NCBI RefSeq assembly: GCF_004010195.1
Contig: NW_025215141.1
Coordinates: forward strand, 1 to 39,660
Direction: 5' to 3'
DNA length: 39,660 nucleotides
Source of the DNA: Chiloscyllium plagiosum
Lineage: Eukaryota
Below are positions 13,019 through 24,619 of the stretch, one piece after another; the stretch's first letter is position 1, and each line of letters starts with the position of its first letter. The notes below the pieces were generated by a model that saw only the letters and a program-made list of their open reading frames with translations, was not told the DNA's origin and searched no databases. Made by a program: the position numbers and the translations under genes.

Positions 13019-13740
13019 ATAACTCAGTATCTCTCCATGTGGTATCCCTTACTGTGAGGGTCTTTTTGCCGCTTCTGTCAGCGCCTCTCGCTCTTGCAGC
13101 TGCTCCAGATCCTGAGCCAACAGGATTCTCCACTCCAGAGAGACGAGGCAGCACAGGCTAGCAATGGGGACTGGGATTTTCCAGAACTCTGTCGGACACA
13201 GCACCATTATCCATGTGCAACCCTCACTGCATCAGTCTAATTTGGCATTCTGTATATCTATCTGTCTCCTGTAGGTACTCAGGAAGCGCGTGACTCAATA
13301 AACTTCCCAACTGCTGGTTGTCATGTCCATCGCCATATTGAAGATGGTTGGTCAGCCAGGGAGACAAAGTGCAGGGAGATCTGGAGCCTTTCATAAATCC
13401 TGGAGCGAGTTAAGATCGCTCACGCTGAACAGAGCAGAGAGCAATGAGAGGGCTCCAAACATCGGCTAACAAGATATGACTTAGATACAGTGCTGGAGGG
13501 GAAGCACAGTACAAACCCACCCGAGGCTAAATCACCACCACTACTGTAAGTTATTGTGGCACTTAGACACCATAGGGAGTGTCACACTTATCAATCCAAG
13601 CCTATTCTGTCTTCGTGAACATCAGGACAACAGAGGGGAAAGTAGGCATCCTACGAGAGGGTGGGAATGCTGCCTGGGATCTTTCTGTGCTGTGTTCCCT
13701 CTTCAACACTGTGTCTATGGCATGTCTTGCAGACCAGTGT
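13019..13740 (+). ncRNA. Duplicon cassette copy 2: exon-like 13100-13147 and 13275-13409 plus long hairpin 13470-13729 (putative hairpin-RNA host)
   Basis: Acceptors ctcttgcag (13099) and tctcctgtag (13274); 13470-13513 pairs with 13686-13729 at 40 of 44 positions including 6 G-U; inner stem 13565-13576/13601-13612. Confidence 0.5.
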
Positions 13741-13832
13741 CTTCATTTTCTTTTAATTTCCTCTAACAGTTCCTGTCCCTGTAATCTCCTTTATTCCCTG
13801 TAGGGCCTCCACATCTTTTTAAACAAAATCTT

Positions 13833-14126
13833 TACAGTGTGAAAACCGGCCCTTCAACCCAACAATTCCACATGACACACGGAAGACTAACCCACCAAGA
13901 CACATTTCACCGAACTTCACCGAACCCCTGACTAATGCACCTCACTTACATATCTTGGGCAACTTACCAATTCACAGCCAATTCACCGAACTTGCACATT
14001 TTTGGGCTGTGGGAGGAAACCGGATTAATGCCACACAGACCCAGGGAGAAAGTGAAAACTCTACAGAGGCAGTCACCCGAGGCTGGTATCAATCCCGGGT
14101 CCCTAGCATTGTTAGGCCACCGTGCC
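13833..14126 (-). mobile_element. HE1-type V-SINE, diverged
   Basis: Reverse V-domain (tttgggctgtgggaggaaaccgg), tRNA-head start ccaccgtgcc at 14117-14126, CR1-derived tail tacagtgtgaaaaccggcccttc. Confidence 0.85.
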
Positions 14127-14209
14127 GACCCACGGAACGTACCGCAAACTAGACTACCATCTCTATTGCTTTAACTTTCTTCACTGTCTACTCTCCTCCA
14201 ATAAATAAT

Positions 14210-15060
14210 GACAGAGTCACGCAGCACAGAATCAACGCATCCAACTTGTCCACGTCAACCACTGTTCCTCAACTGAACGAGTCGCATTTGGCTGCATCTG
14301 GCCCATATCCCTTAAACCTTCTCCTCTCCATGTGTCTGCCCTAATGTCTTTTACCTGTTGGCACAATAGTTTTCTCTACCACTTGTCCTGGCAGCTCATT
14401 CAGTACGTGCACCATTCTCTGTGGAAAATGTTCTCCTCCAATCCCTTTTACGAATCTTCTCGCTCACCTCATATTCATACCCACTAGCTATGGTCTCCCC
14501 GAACTGGGGTAAAGTCTTTGGTTGTTAACCTTACGCATTCCCCTCATTGTATTATAAACCTTTATAAGGACAACCCTCGGCTATCGATGCCCAATGCAAA
14601 TATGAAGGACAACCATATAAATATCTCTGCTCGGGTCCCCGCCACGCCTTTGCCACAATGTTCTGGGATACACTTGTTCAACACCTTGGACTTTCTCTAC
14701 CTTTGTGTTGTAAAACCTCCAACACCACCTCTTCCGTAATGGGGACCCTTTTTAAGACATCGCTGTTTCTTTCCCTTTGTTTCTAAGTCTTGGTCCACAG
14801 TGACGTTCTGACATAAAATATTAATTTAGGCTTTCGCCCATCTGCTGTGGTTGCACACATGTATGGTGTCATTGATCGTTGAGGGGCCTGTTGTCTCTCT
14901 AGCTACTTGTTTGTACATGTGTGCCGTAGAATCTCCTTGGATTTTCCTTAACCTTATCTGCCATAGCTGTCTCATCCCCCCGTTTTGCTTTCCAGATTTT
15001 CCAGCCGCTCCTTGTTAGTCAAACCCTCCTGTATCAGTAACATCTTTGTCAATCTTTGCT
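14210..15060 (-). mobile_element. CR1 fragments (3' end 14210-14600; ORF2 pieces to ~15060)
   Basis: cagagtcacgcagcacaga tail, ggcccatatcccttaaacc, accttatctgccatagctgtctcat. Confidence 0.65.
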
Positions 15061-15074
15061 TCATTTACAGTTTC

Positions 15075-17340
15075 AGAAAAAAAAACTTCCGAAAGCAGGA
15101 TAATAAGAAGTCTACACAGTACTCCGAATTGAGACCCAGCAATATCTTGTACAGCCGTTGCATGATTTGCCAACTCATGTACTCAAATGTCTGAGGGCAG
15201 GTGTGCCAAATGCCTCTTTCACCATCCTGTCCACTTGTGATGCCACTTCCAAGGAACAATATAACTGCACCCCTTGCTCTGTCTCTGTTCAACAACACTG
15301 CTCAGGGCACAACCATTAACTGTGTTAGTCCACCATGGTTTGTCTTAACAAAATCCAACAACTGAATTCAACTCCACCATTCATTGCTTATCCCACTGAT
15401 CCCTCTCGATAACTGATTCACTGCTGACTATAACACTAATTCTGTTATCCACAATATGATTAACAATGCATTGTTTGTTTTAATGATGCAGAACAGAGGA
15501 CATAGCGCTGCTCCTTACGGCACACCGCTGGTCACAGGCCTCCACAACCTGCTCTCACCATCCTCTGTCTCCTGTTGTCAAGCCAATTTTGTACCCACTT
15601 CGCTCGGTCTCCCTGATCCCATGTGATCTAACCATACTAACCAATGTACCCAACAACACCCTGTCAAAGGGCTTGCTGTAGTGAGTATAGGCAACGTTAA
15701 CTGCTCTGGCATCATCAGTCTTTTTGGTCATATGCTCCACAAAATCAGTCAAGTCAGACAGACAATATTTTTATGCACCAATGTTGTGCTGACTCTCCCT
15801 GATCAATCGTTACCTTTCCAAATGCATTCAACTCCTGTACCTCAGAATCGCTTCCAACAGCATTCACACCACTGACATCAAGCTAATTGGTGTTTCTGTA
15901 CGTCGCTTTCCCTCACAGCCTTTCTTAAATACTGGCACAACATTAGTCACCCTCCAGGCTTCCAGCTCACCACCTGTGGCAGTAAGTGATTCCCGAGCTT
16001 CCCAAAGTGTCCTTGAACACACTTGATAAGTTCCCAGGGGTTTGTCTATTTTTTATGCGTTTTAAAACATCCAGCACCTCCTGTCCTCCAATGTAAACTG
16101 CTTTGAATACATCACTGTTTATATCCACGATCCCCAGTCTTTCGCCACAGTAAGTTCTGACGTGAAATTTACTTTTAGGATCTTATCCCATTAGCAGTTG
16201 TTCCACATATGGATGGCCCCATTGGTCCTTAAGGGGTCACATTCGGTGCCAAGTTCATCTTCTGTTGTTAATATTCATGCAGAATCCCTTTGGATTTTCC
16301 TTAGCCTTATCTGCCAAAGCTCTCTCAGGTCCCCTTTCGGCACTCCTGATTTCCGTGTATTACTACACCAGCAAAGTTCTTCAAGAGATTCACTTTATCC
16401 AGCTGGCGATATATGACATTTGCCCTTTTTTTCTTGGCCGGAGCCTCGATATCACTATTCATTCAGTGTTTCCAACTTGTGTCAGCATTGTCCTTCTCAC
16501 TAACAGGAATATGCTGGCCCTGAACTCTCATTTCATCTCTCTATTGAAAGCATCCCACTTGCCAGACGTCCTTTACCTGCTAATAGCCTCCATGAATCAA
16601 CGTTTGAATGTCTTGTCTAATACCTTTTGGATGTAAGCAAGGCTAATTTTGATCTTTCACTTGTGGACCACACCAGTCCCTTTCCATAGCTATTTTCAAA
16701 CGAATAGAATTGTGGTCACTTTGCCAAAGTTTTTCCCCACTAACACCTCAGACCCTTTCCCTACCTTGTTACTTGAATATGCTGAACAAATCCTACCCAT
16801 CCAAGCTCTGAACACTCTGGCAGTGCCAGTGGAGGTTTGGAAAGTTACAATCCCCGACCAATACAATCCTATCATTCTTACACATACCTGGGATTTCCAG
16901 ACATATTTGCTGCTCAATTTCCCGCTGACTGTTGCGGGCCTGTAGTACAGTCATGCCAAAGTGATGACTCATGCTTATTTCTCCGTTTCATTAATATATC
17001 TTCACTGGGTGATCCACAGGAATATCCCTTCGAGGTGCTGCAGTGATGTTTTCACTGATCAAAAACTCCACTCCACCATCTCTCTTGTCTTCTCTTTTTT
17101 TCCTTCCGGTAGTAGATGTATTCCGGAACATTGAGCTGCTTGGCTGGCCCTACCTCAGCTGTAGTTCTGTAATTCCTTTGATATTCCACTCCCATGTTCC
17201 CATCAATGTGGTGACTTCATCTGTCTGAATTGCAGGCATTTTACATCTAAGTAAATGCAGTTTAATTGATGAGGTTTCCTCATTTTCTGCTGTGTTCTTG
17301 CCTGCATTGTCTATTTAAATTACTCTCTTGAAGTTCTGTC
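15075..17340 (-). mobile_element. Long degraded CR1 ORF2 (endonuclease to RT)
   Basis: Minus-strand remnants ARAVNVAYTHYSKPFDRV (VDVVYMDFSKAFDKV-like), cacaccgctggtcacagg (VTSGVP), and endonuclease remnants near 16850-17260. Confidence 0.8.
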
Positions 17341-18425
17341 CCAGCCTCAACAATCAGGCTGTAGCCTGACACCATCCGCCTCACTGTGGACAACACCCTC
17401 ACCTTTCATGTCATCTGCAAACCTGCTAATGATACCTTGTGGTTAGCATCCAATTTCTTAATGCATATAATAAACAGCAATGGTTCCTGAATAGTTCCCA
17501 GATGAACAGCAATTGGTGAAAGCATTTCAACACATAAACATCCGTCCACCAATTTTGGATCCAATTTATCAACTTGACTTGGATCCCATTGGATCTTCCC
17601 TTTTGGACCAGCCTTCCAAGTGGGACATTGTCAAAGGCCTTACTGGACTCGGTGTAATTCTTATCATCTGTACTGTCCTCGTCAATATTTTCAATTGTAA
17701 TTTAAAAGAAGTCTCAGGTGAATTTATCAGACAGGGCCTTCCTCTGTCAAATTCATGCTGACTATCTCTAACCGACCCCTACCTTTCCAAATGTTGGTTC
17801 ATCCTGCACCGCAGAATTGTTTACACTAATTTCCCTCCCACTGCGGTCAGACTATCTGCTGCGTAATTACCTGACCTATCCCTGCTGCCTTTCCTGAACA
17901 AAACAACCACATTAGCTGTAATCCAGCAATTCGGCACTTCACCTGGGGCCATCAAAGTATTAAATATACCCACCTTTGCACCAGAAAATTCCTCCCTTTC
18001 CTCCCATAGAATTCTGGATACATTTCATTGGGCACTGGGGATATTTCCAACTTTATGCCTGTGGTAACATTTAATACCACCTCCTTATTGATAATTACAT
18101 GTTCTAGAACCTCACCATCTCGACTGAAATCCCGACTGCAATGTCTTTCTCCTGTGTGAATACAGATGGGAAGTATTCATTGAGGAGCTCACCTTCTTCC
18201 CCTGGCCCCATGCAGATTGTCCCTTTTGTTTCTAACAGTTCCCACTCTTCATCTAGGTAGCCTCCACCTTTAATTATACTGATAAAATACCTTGTGGCAT
18301 GTCTGCAATCGTGTCTGCAAAATGTATTTCATGGCCATTGTTTGCCCCTCATTATCCACAGTCCCCTTGCACTCTCTATACTTGTGAAGGGCTTCACCTG
18401 TTTTTTACTGCACTCTAATTTATTC
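17340..18425 (-). mobile_element. Older CR1 ORF2 (RT) fragment
   Basis: catgtcatctgcaaac (reverse FADD), gggacattgtcaaaggcctt (reverse KAFDNVP), ctgacctatccctgctgcc. Confidence 0.75.
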
Positions 18426-18491
18426 ATCAAACTCATGATATCGAATGATCAGTATTCGCTGGACATGTTGCCTTTACGGTTCCGTTGTGCA

Positions 18492-18620
18492 CCACAACTA
18501 CCTGATGAAGAAGCGCGCCCCAAAAACTAGTGCCTCCAAATAAATCTGTTGGACTGTATCCTGTTGTCCTTGAATTTTTAACTTTGCCTACTCCAGTCCA
18601 ATACCAGCAACTCTGCATTA
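18492..18620 (+). mobile_element. Penelope-like element terminal fragment with decayed hammerhead motif
   Basis: cCTGATGAagaagcgcgccccaaaaactagtgc...aataaatctgttggact...ccagtccaataccagc; resembles shark PLE pseudo-LTR; GAAA core mutated. Confidence 0.65.
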
Positions 18621-18814
18621 TAAACTGCCATCGATTGACTGAATCATTTTGAAAGAAATGGAACTACTGGCAAATAGAAGTATTTTAAAGGTGTAAAATC
18701 AGGAATATAGGGCCAATACTTACCTGTTAGGGTGAAGGGAAAAGCTAGCAGGTTGAGGAATTCCTGGCTGATGGAGGACATTGAGGCTCTGTTCAGGAAA
18801 AAAGAAAGCTTTAA

Positions 18815-19700
18815 GCTATCCATATCTATGTAACCTCTTCCATTCATAAGGGCACGATCAATATGTGGAGACCCTACGATCCACTCTGATCTCTGTAACA
18901 CTCGTGATCTGTCGACCTCACTGAAATGCCTGTGACTCTCTTGATCCAGTTCCGAAAATACTCACTCTCTGTGTAATACCCTCCAGTCACTAGCACCCCG
19001 CCGTTAACGTAGTCTTCTCCAGTTTCTCCATCTATCTACTCATCTCCATAACCTTTTCCAGCTCTGACACACCTATCTATGTAAACGTCACCCTCCCCTG
19101 CAAACCTACCCACTTTGACCAAACTGGAGGAGGTTACTAATCTCCCTGATCTGTGAAACTGTGTCCAACCAAAATTGCTGTACTTATCTCCTGGGAAAAA
19201 AAAATGTTCGACGCCACACCCTCTACATCTGAATAACCTGCAGAACATTCAGCTTTCCTATGTCAATAAGCATGGTCAGACCAAACAACCCTCCACATGT
19301 TTGTTTGTTCTTCTAGTCTATACAAATCACATTATCTCTCTAATCAACTTCATTCCCCAAACAGTCCCTGTCTGTGTAAACCAGCTCTGTCCTACCAAAA
19401 CCCTTATCCCGGAAAAATGATCCATCCCTCCCAATCTCCCCATTTCCATGAACACCTGTGCATCCTACAGCTCGCCACATTTCTGTAACTTCCAGTGGCT
19501 CTGTGGTCCTCCATTCCTGTGAAACCACCTCCAGTCCCCACAACTCTGCCAGTATGGGTCGTCTGCTCCAGATCAGCCCCTTGCTGTCTCTGTTACCTCC
19601 TACAATCCGAGCAAGCCTTCCTAGTTGTGTCTCTTCATTCAGACCCAATTCTCTCCAGCTTTCCGAAACGATTTCCTGTCATTGTGACTCTCCCTATTTC
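18815..19700. repeat. Degenerate C/T-rich minisatellite
   Basis: tatctatgtaacctcttcca / ctccagtccc motifs. Confidence 0.65.
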
Positions 19701-20376
19701 AAACATGGAACAGTACAGCACACAACCGGCCTTCCAGCCCTCGATATTGTGCGGACCTATAATCCTAATGTAAGAGTAAACTAACCTACAGACCAATACT
19801 TTCATTGTCATGCGTGTGCCGATCGAAGAATTGATTAAATGCACCCAATGTATTTGACTCTACTAAAGCTGTCAGTGCATTCCACACACCCACCACTCTC
19901 TGTGTAAAGCAGCTACGTCTGTCATCTAAGCTAAACTTTCAATTACCTTAACATTATGTCCCCTTGCGACAGGCATTTCTGCCATGGGAAGGGGTCTCTG
20001 GCTATCTATTCTCGCTATGCCTCTCATTACCCCTATCAAATTACTACTCTTCCTTCTTTGCTCCAATGAAGCTACTGCTTCATCAACAGTTCCTTCATAA
20101 GACATGCCCTCCTGTCCAGGCAGCATTCTGGCAAAAGTAATCTGCACCCTCTCGACGTTGTTCACATTTTCCTCACAATTTGGCAAACAGAACTGAACAC
20201 AATATTCCAAACGTGGTCTAACCAGTGTTCTATAGAGCTGTGGCATAACCTCGCAGCTCGTAAACACAATCCCCTTGTTAAGGAAAGTCAACTCTATTAA
20301 CTTGAGTGATCGATGGACGTGGACCCGAGATCCATTTGTTCCTCCACACTGCCAAGAATCCTGCCTTTAACAGTGT
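19700..20376 (-). mobile_element. 5'-truncated CR1
   Basis: ORF remnant LYRTLVRPRLEYCVQF...VERVQITFARMLPG; tail aacatggaacagtacagcac. Confidence 0.9.
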
Positions 20377-20622
20377 AAAGGTTTCCTGCAGAATCCTTCA
20401 ATCTTAAACCCTCCCTATTTGGTAAATTCCACCAGTCCCTGAAACACTCACGAACTGTGAACCTCCTCAGGTCCCTACCTTCTTCCTTCCTCCTATATTA
20501 GCAGCAACCCTCAAAATTACTGAAGTCTCTTTTGCCACTTCAATATTCCTAATACCTGCAAAATGCTTCCATTCTGATATCCCTCCCTATCTCTGTAACC
20601 CCAAACACTCTCCAGTGCCCTT

Positions 20623-21516
20623 CTGGAGAACATTGCAGAGAAAGAAAAAGTTGCAGAATGCGGACCATGTTATGGAGGTAGGAAGGGGGAATGATACAAA
20701 TGCAGGAAAGGACGTGGATTCTCAGAAGGTGAAAGATAACAGGATTCCAAGAACCTGCAAGGTGGGACAGGGCATAAGTTGTGGAACGTGAAGGATGTCA
20801 CAATTTGAACACAGATCTTTTTTGGATCGGATCGTTCAGCCGATCTTTTTGCCCTAAATCTGGAGCTCTTTACTGGAATGGGTGAGCACAGCTACAGATT
20901 CCCAGGCTGGGAAATGTGAGTTCAGGGGTGAATCTATTTGCCCATTCTATCTGTGTGCCTGATACTGACCTGGTACTTCTATATGACCTCCAGATCTGCA
21001 TGACTTACCAGAACCCACCTCATCAAAACCTTCGGTCGGAATGCTCTCTATTTTTTTCATTATCTTTAATTGACAGTTTCGTGAGATGCAGGAATGGGGA
21101 GTTTCCGTTTTTGAGATAATGAAACTTTTATCATTGACTCTGACACATGCAGAGGAATTTCGTGGATTCTGCTGTCCTAGGAAGACTATCACTCAGAGGA
21201 ATATCCACGGAGTGTCGATGGTCTTTGGTTGGTAGAGTGTGAATTTACCAGTTTATGTCGGCAAGGGCACAGTGTTTCTGGAGAATGCACAGCTGTGCAA
21301 CTTCCTACCGTGTGGTTAAGGGGTGAGTGCACGGGGCCCTGAGCACCAGGAGCTGGGCAACCTCATGCTGTTTGCACGTGGGGCTTGGGCACTAGACTGG
21401 GTGAGAGCAGTTCACTGAGTAAATGACAGCTAGGGAGCTTGGAATCCTCCTGTTATATTTGGCCTTATGCCATATCGTTACCTCCCTCTCATGAGTGAGC
21501 GTGTCATGTTCTCCAG
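20623..21516 (+). other. Unique ~900-nt segment with nested inverted repeats and splice-site-like motifs
   Basis: Stems 20623-33/21506-16, 20736-51/21438-56, 20858-65/20988-95, 20876-85/20938-47, 21055-65/21114-24, 21159-67/21203-11; acceptor at 21076; donor GTGAGT at 21323. Confidence 0.45.
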
Positions 21517-21562
21517 TCCTGACAGTGTCCATTCCCTGTAAACCCTTCCAGCTGTTGAACAT

Positions 21563-22716
21563 CTGACCTCAGTGGTGGGAAAGCTGCTGGAGTCTATTAT
21601 AAAGGATGAAATTACTGCACATCTGAATAGCAGTAACAGGATAGGACAGAGTCAGCATGGATTTATGTAGGGGAAATCATGCTTGTCTCATCTTCTTGAA
21701 TTCTTTGAGGATGTAACTATGAAGTTGGACGAGGGAAATCCAGGAGATGTAGTGTACCTGGACTTTCAGAAAGCTTTTGATAAAGTCCCACACAGCAGGT
21801 TAGTGAGTAAAATTAGGGCGCAAGATATTGGGGGCAAAGTACAAGTTTGGATTGAAAATTGGTTGGCTAATAGGAAACAAAAGGTAGTGATAAACGGCTC
21901 CATTTCGGAATGGNNNNNNNNNNNNNNNNNNNNNNNNNNNNNNNNNNNNNNNNNNNNNNNNNNNNNNNNNNNNNNNNNNNNNNNNNNNNNNNNNNNNNNN
22001 NNNNNNNNNNNNNNNNNNNNNNNNNNNNNNNNNNNNNNNNNNNNNNNNNNNNNNNNNNNNNNNNNNNNNNNNNNNNNNNNNNNNNNNNNNNNNNNNNNNN
22101 NNNNNNNNNNNNNNNNNNNNNNNNNNNNNNNNNNNNNNNNNNNNNNNNNNNNNNNNNNNNNNNNNNNNNNNNNNNNNNNNNNNNNNNNNNNNNNNNNNNN
22201 NNNNNNNNNNNNNNNNNNNNNNNNNNNNNNNNNNNNNNNNNNNNNNNNNNNNNNNNNNNTGAAAGACTGGAGTGACTGGGCTTGTATACCCTTGAGTTTA
22301 GAAGACTTGAGAGGGGATCTGATTGAGACATATAAGATTATTAAAGGATTGGACATTCTGGAGGCAGGAAACATGTTTCCGCTGATGGGTGAGTGCCAAA
22401 CCAGAGGACAAAGCTTAAAAATACGGGGTAGGCCATTTAGGACAGAGATGAGGAGAAACTTCTTCACCCAGAGAGTGGTGGCTGTGTGGAATGCTCTGCC
22501 CCAGAGGGCAGTGGAGGCCCAGTCTCTGGATTCATTTAAGAAAGAGTTAGATGGAGCTCTCAAAGATAGTGGAATCAAGGGTTATGGAGATAAGGCAGGA
22601 ACAGGATACTGATTAAGAATGATCAGCCATGATTATATTGAATGGCGGTGCAGGCTCGAAGGGCCGAATGGCCTACTCCTGCACCTATTGTCTATTGTCT
22701 ATTGTCTATTGTCTAT
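21563..22716 (+). mobile_element. Young 5'-truncated CR1 (RT region and 3'UTR), spans gap 21914-22259
   Basis: LLEFFEDVT..DVVYLDFQKAFDKVPH; RRNFFTQRVVAVWNALP; (ctattgt)n tail at 22685-22716; in-frame TAG near 21667. Confidence 0.95.
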
Positions 22717-23039
22717 CTCCCTTCCCTCTCACTCCCCCTTGGCTTTCCAACCTGGCCTTCGCCTCATATCTCCTACAGTCCCAAACGACCTTGCTCTTTG
22801 CTATCTCATTGCATTCCTTTGAACTGTGTGTGAACAAATCTGAAGTAGGTTTGAGCTACTGAAAACAAGATGGCTTTTCCCCTATCTATCTCTGTCAAAC
22901 GGAATCTTCTTGTTTGTCTCTGTCCCATAAGAGGAAAGTAACATCCCTTCAGCATCCACTGGCCCATCCCCCTGAGGATCTGTACAGTTTAATGGGTCTA
23001 ATATCTTCCTGATTACCCTCATTGGCACAGCATCGGAGT

Positions 23040-24050
23040 GACATGTTTGTGTTCCTCTATTTTCTGCAACCTTTTCCTTTTTCTCAGTGCCTCTCTCATT
23101 CTGAAACCTCTCCCAGTCTGGACAGTACTTCGAACCACTAATTACTGAGAATGCTCCAATTTCCCGACCTCTGTAAACTCCTCACATTCTTGCAATCCTC
23201 CTCATTTGTGTACCCTTCCAGCATCTACAGTCCATCCAATTTCTAGTATCTCCTACAGCCCCCACCATCTCTGTATCTTCCAATTACTATATTTCTCACT
23301 GCCTCTGTAAACGGCTCCAACCCCTTCAAATCTCAGTATCTCTGGCATGGTTTGCAGTTCCAATAAAAATCCCTCTAATAGGAACTTCCAACAGACATCA
23401 CCACCCTCCATATCTCTGTAATCCCCCACAATTCTCTCTATTTCTGTTCCCACCTTCAGTCCCAACAAACGTACTTGCATGTACAACATCATCGAGTCCC
23501 TATATCTCTCCCAGCTGTGCAATCTCCACCAGACCATACAACTGTCTCGCTGTCCCTGATGATTGCAGTGATTTCAAACCTCCCCTATTCTATAACATCT
23601 CGTGTCTCTGTGTCCCTCCCTGTCATGGTGAGCTCCTCCAGTTGCCAGTACATTCCTGCCTGTGTACACCATCAAGTTGATACAACACTTCTCATTTGTG
23701 TAGCGTCTTGCAGCCCCTACAATCCTTTTCATGTTTGTTAATCCTGCCTACCGCTAATACTTTCTTTATTCGAGTAAATTCCTCCAGTCATAACAATCTC
23801 CTCCAGACTCTACAGCTATTGCTATCTATGTAACCTCATTCGGGCCCACACAGTCCAATGTGCTGGATCCTGCACTGCCATTGCAGATCCCTTATTTCTT
23901 AACATTGTTCAGTCTCTAAAACAATCCCTATGAGTGTAATCTCCTCCAGTCCCTACATCACTCCCGATATGTGTAACCTCTTCAATTCCCAACAATCCTC
24001 CCTATCTGTTTAAAAGTTCCTATATGCCTTCCTATTGGTTTAACTGTTTT
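23040..24050. repeat. Degenerate C/T-rich minisatellite
   Basis: ctccatatctctgtaatc, gtgtaatctcctccagtccctaca motifs. Confidence 0.7.
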
Positions 24051-24619
24051 GAGTCCATTATATCCTGACTGAATAACTAATGAGTATCAGTGCTGCAATG
24101 CAATCCTGGACTGTATACGAGGTGTGTTTTTTGTAACACCATGTCAATGAGCCATTAAGAGAATGGACCATTCTATATCAAATTTTGTGTATTGAGAAAT
24201 ACCTAATAATCTCATTAAAAAGGAGCTTCGTTTAAAGAGAAGCAGAATATTGTGATTTTTTTCGAGGTGAAACATGATTTAGATCGCTCAGATGTGGGAG
24301 TGGAATTCGATCTTTTGCCCCATCAATTGTATTTCAGTATTCAACGAGATCATTGCTGATCAGGTAATCCCCAACTCTACTTTCCTGTCTTTTCCAGGTT
24401 GTCCTTGTTTCCCCGATGAATTAAACTCTGGCCATCGTTATTCTAAACATACTTAATGACCCAGCCTCACCAGCCTTCTGCAGTAAGAAATTCCCACAGA
24501 TTCACTATTCTTTGAGGGAAGAAATTCCTCCTCACCTCTATCTTAGTAAGTGAGCCCTTGCTGGGAATTTATGCCATCTGGTTGCAGATCGTCATACAAG
24601 GAAAACCAATGGAAGTGGC

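Noticed and set aside
21181..21322. EDYHSEEYPRSVDGLWLVECE vaguely resembles a CUB-domain motif
   Set aside because: The key cysteine is absent, there are upstream in-frame stops, and the match is too short to support.
20623..21516. Telomerase RNA or another known structured RNA
   Set aside because: No CTAACCCTAA template or other recognisable family motif seen on either strand.
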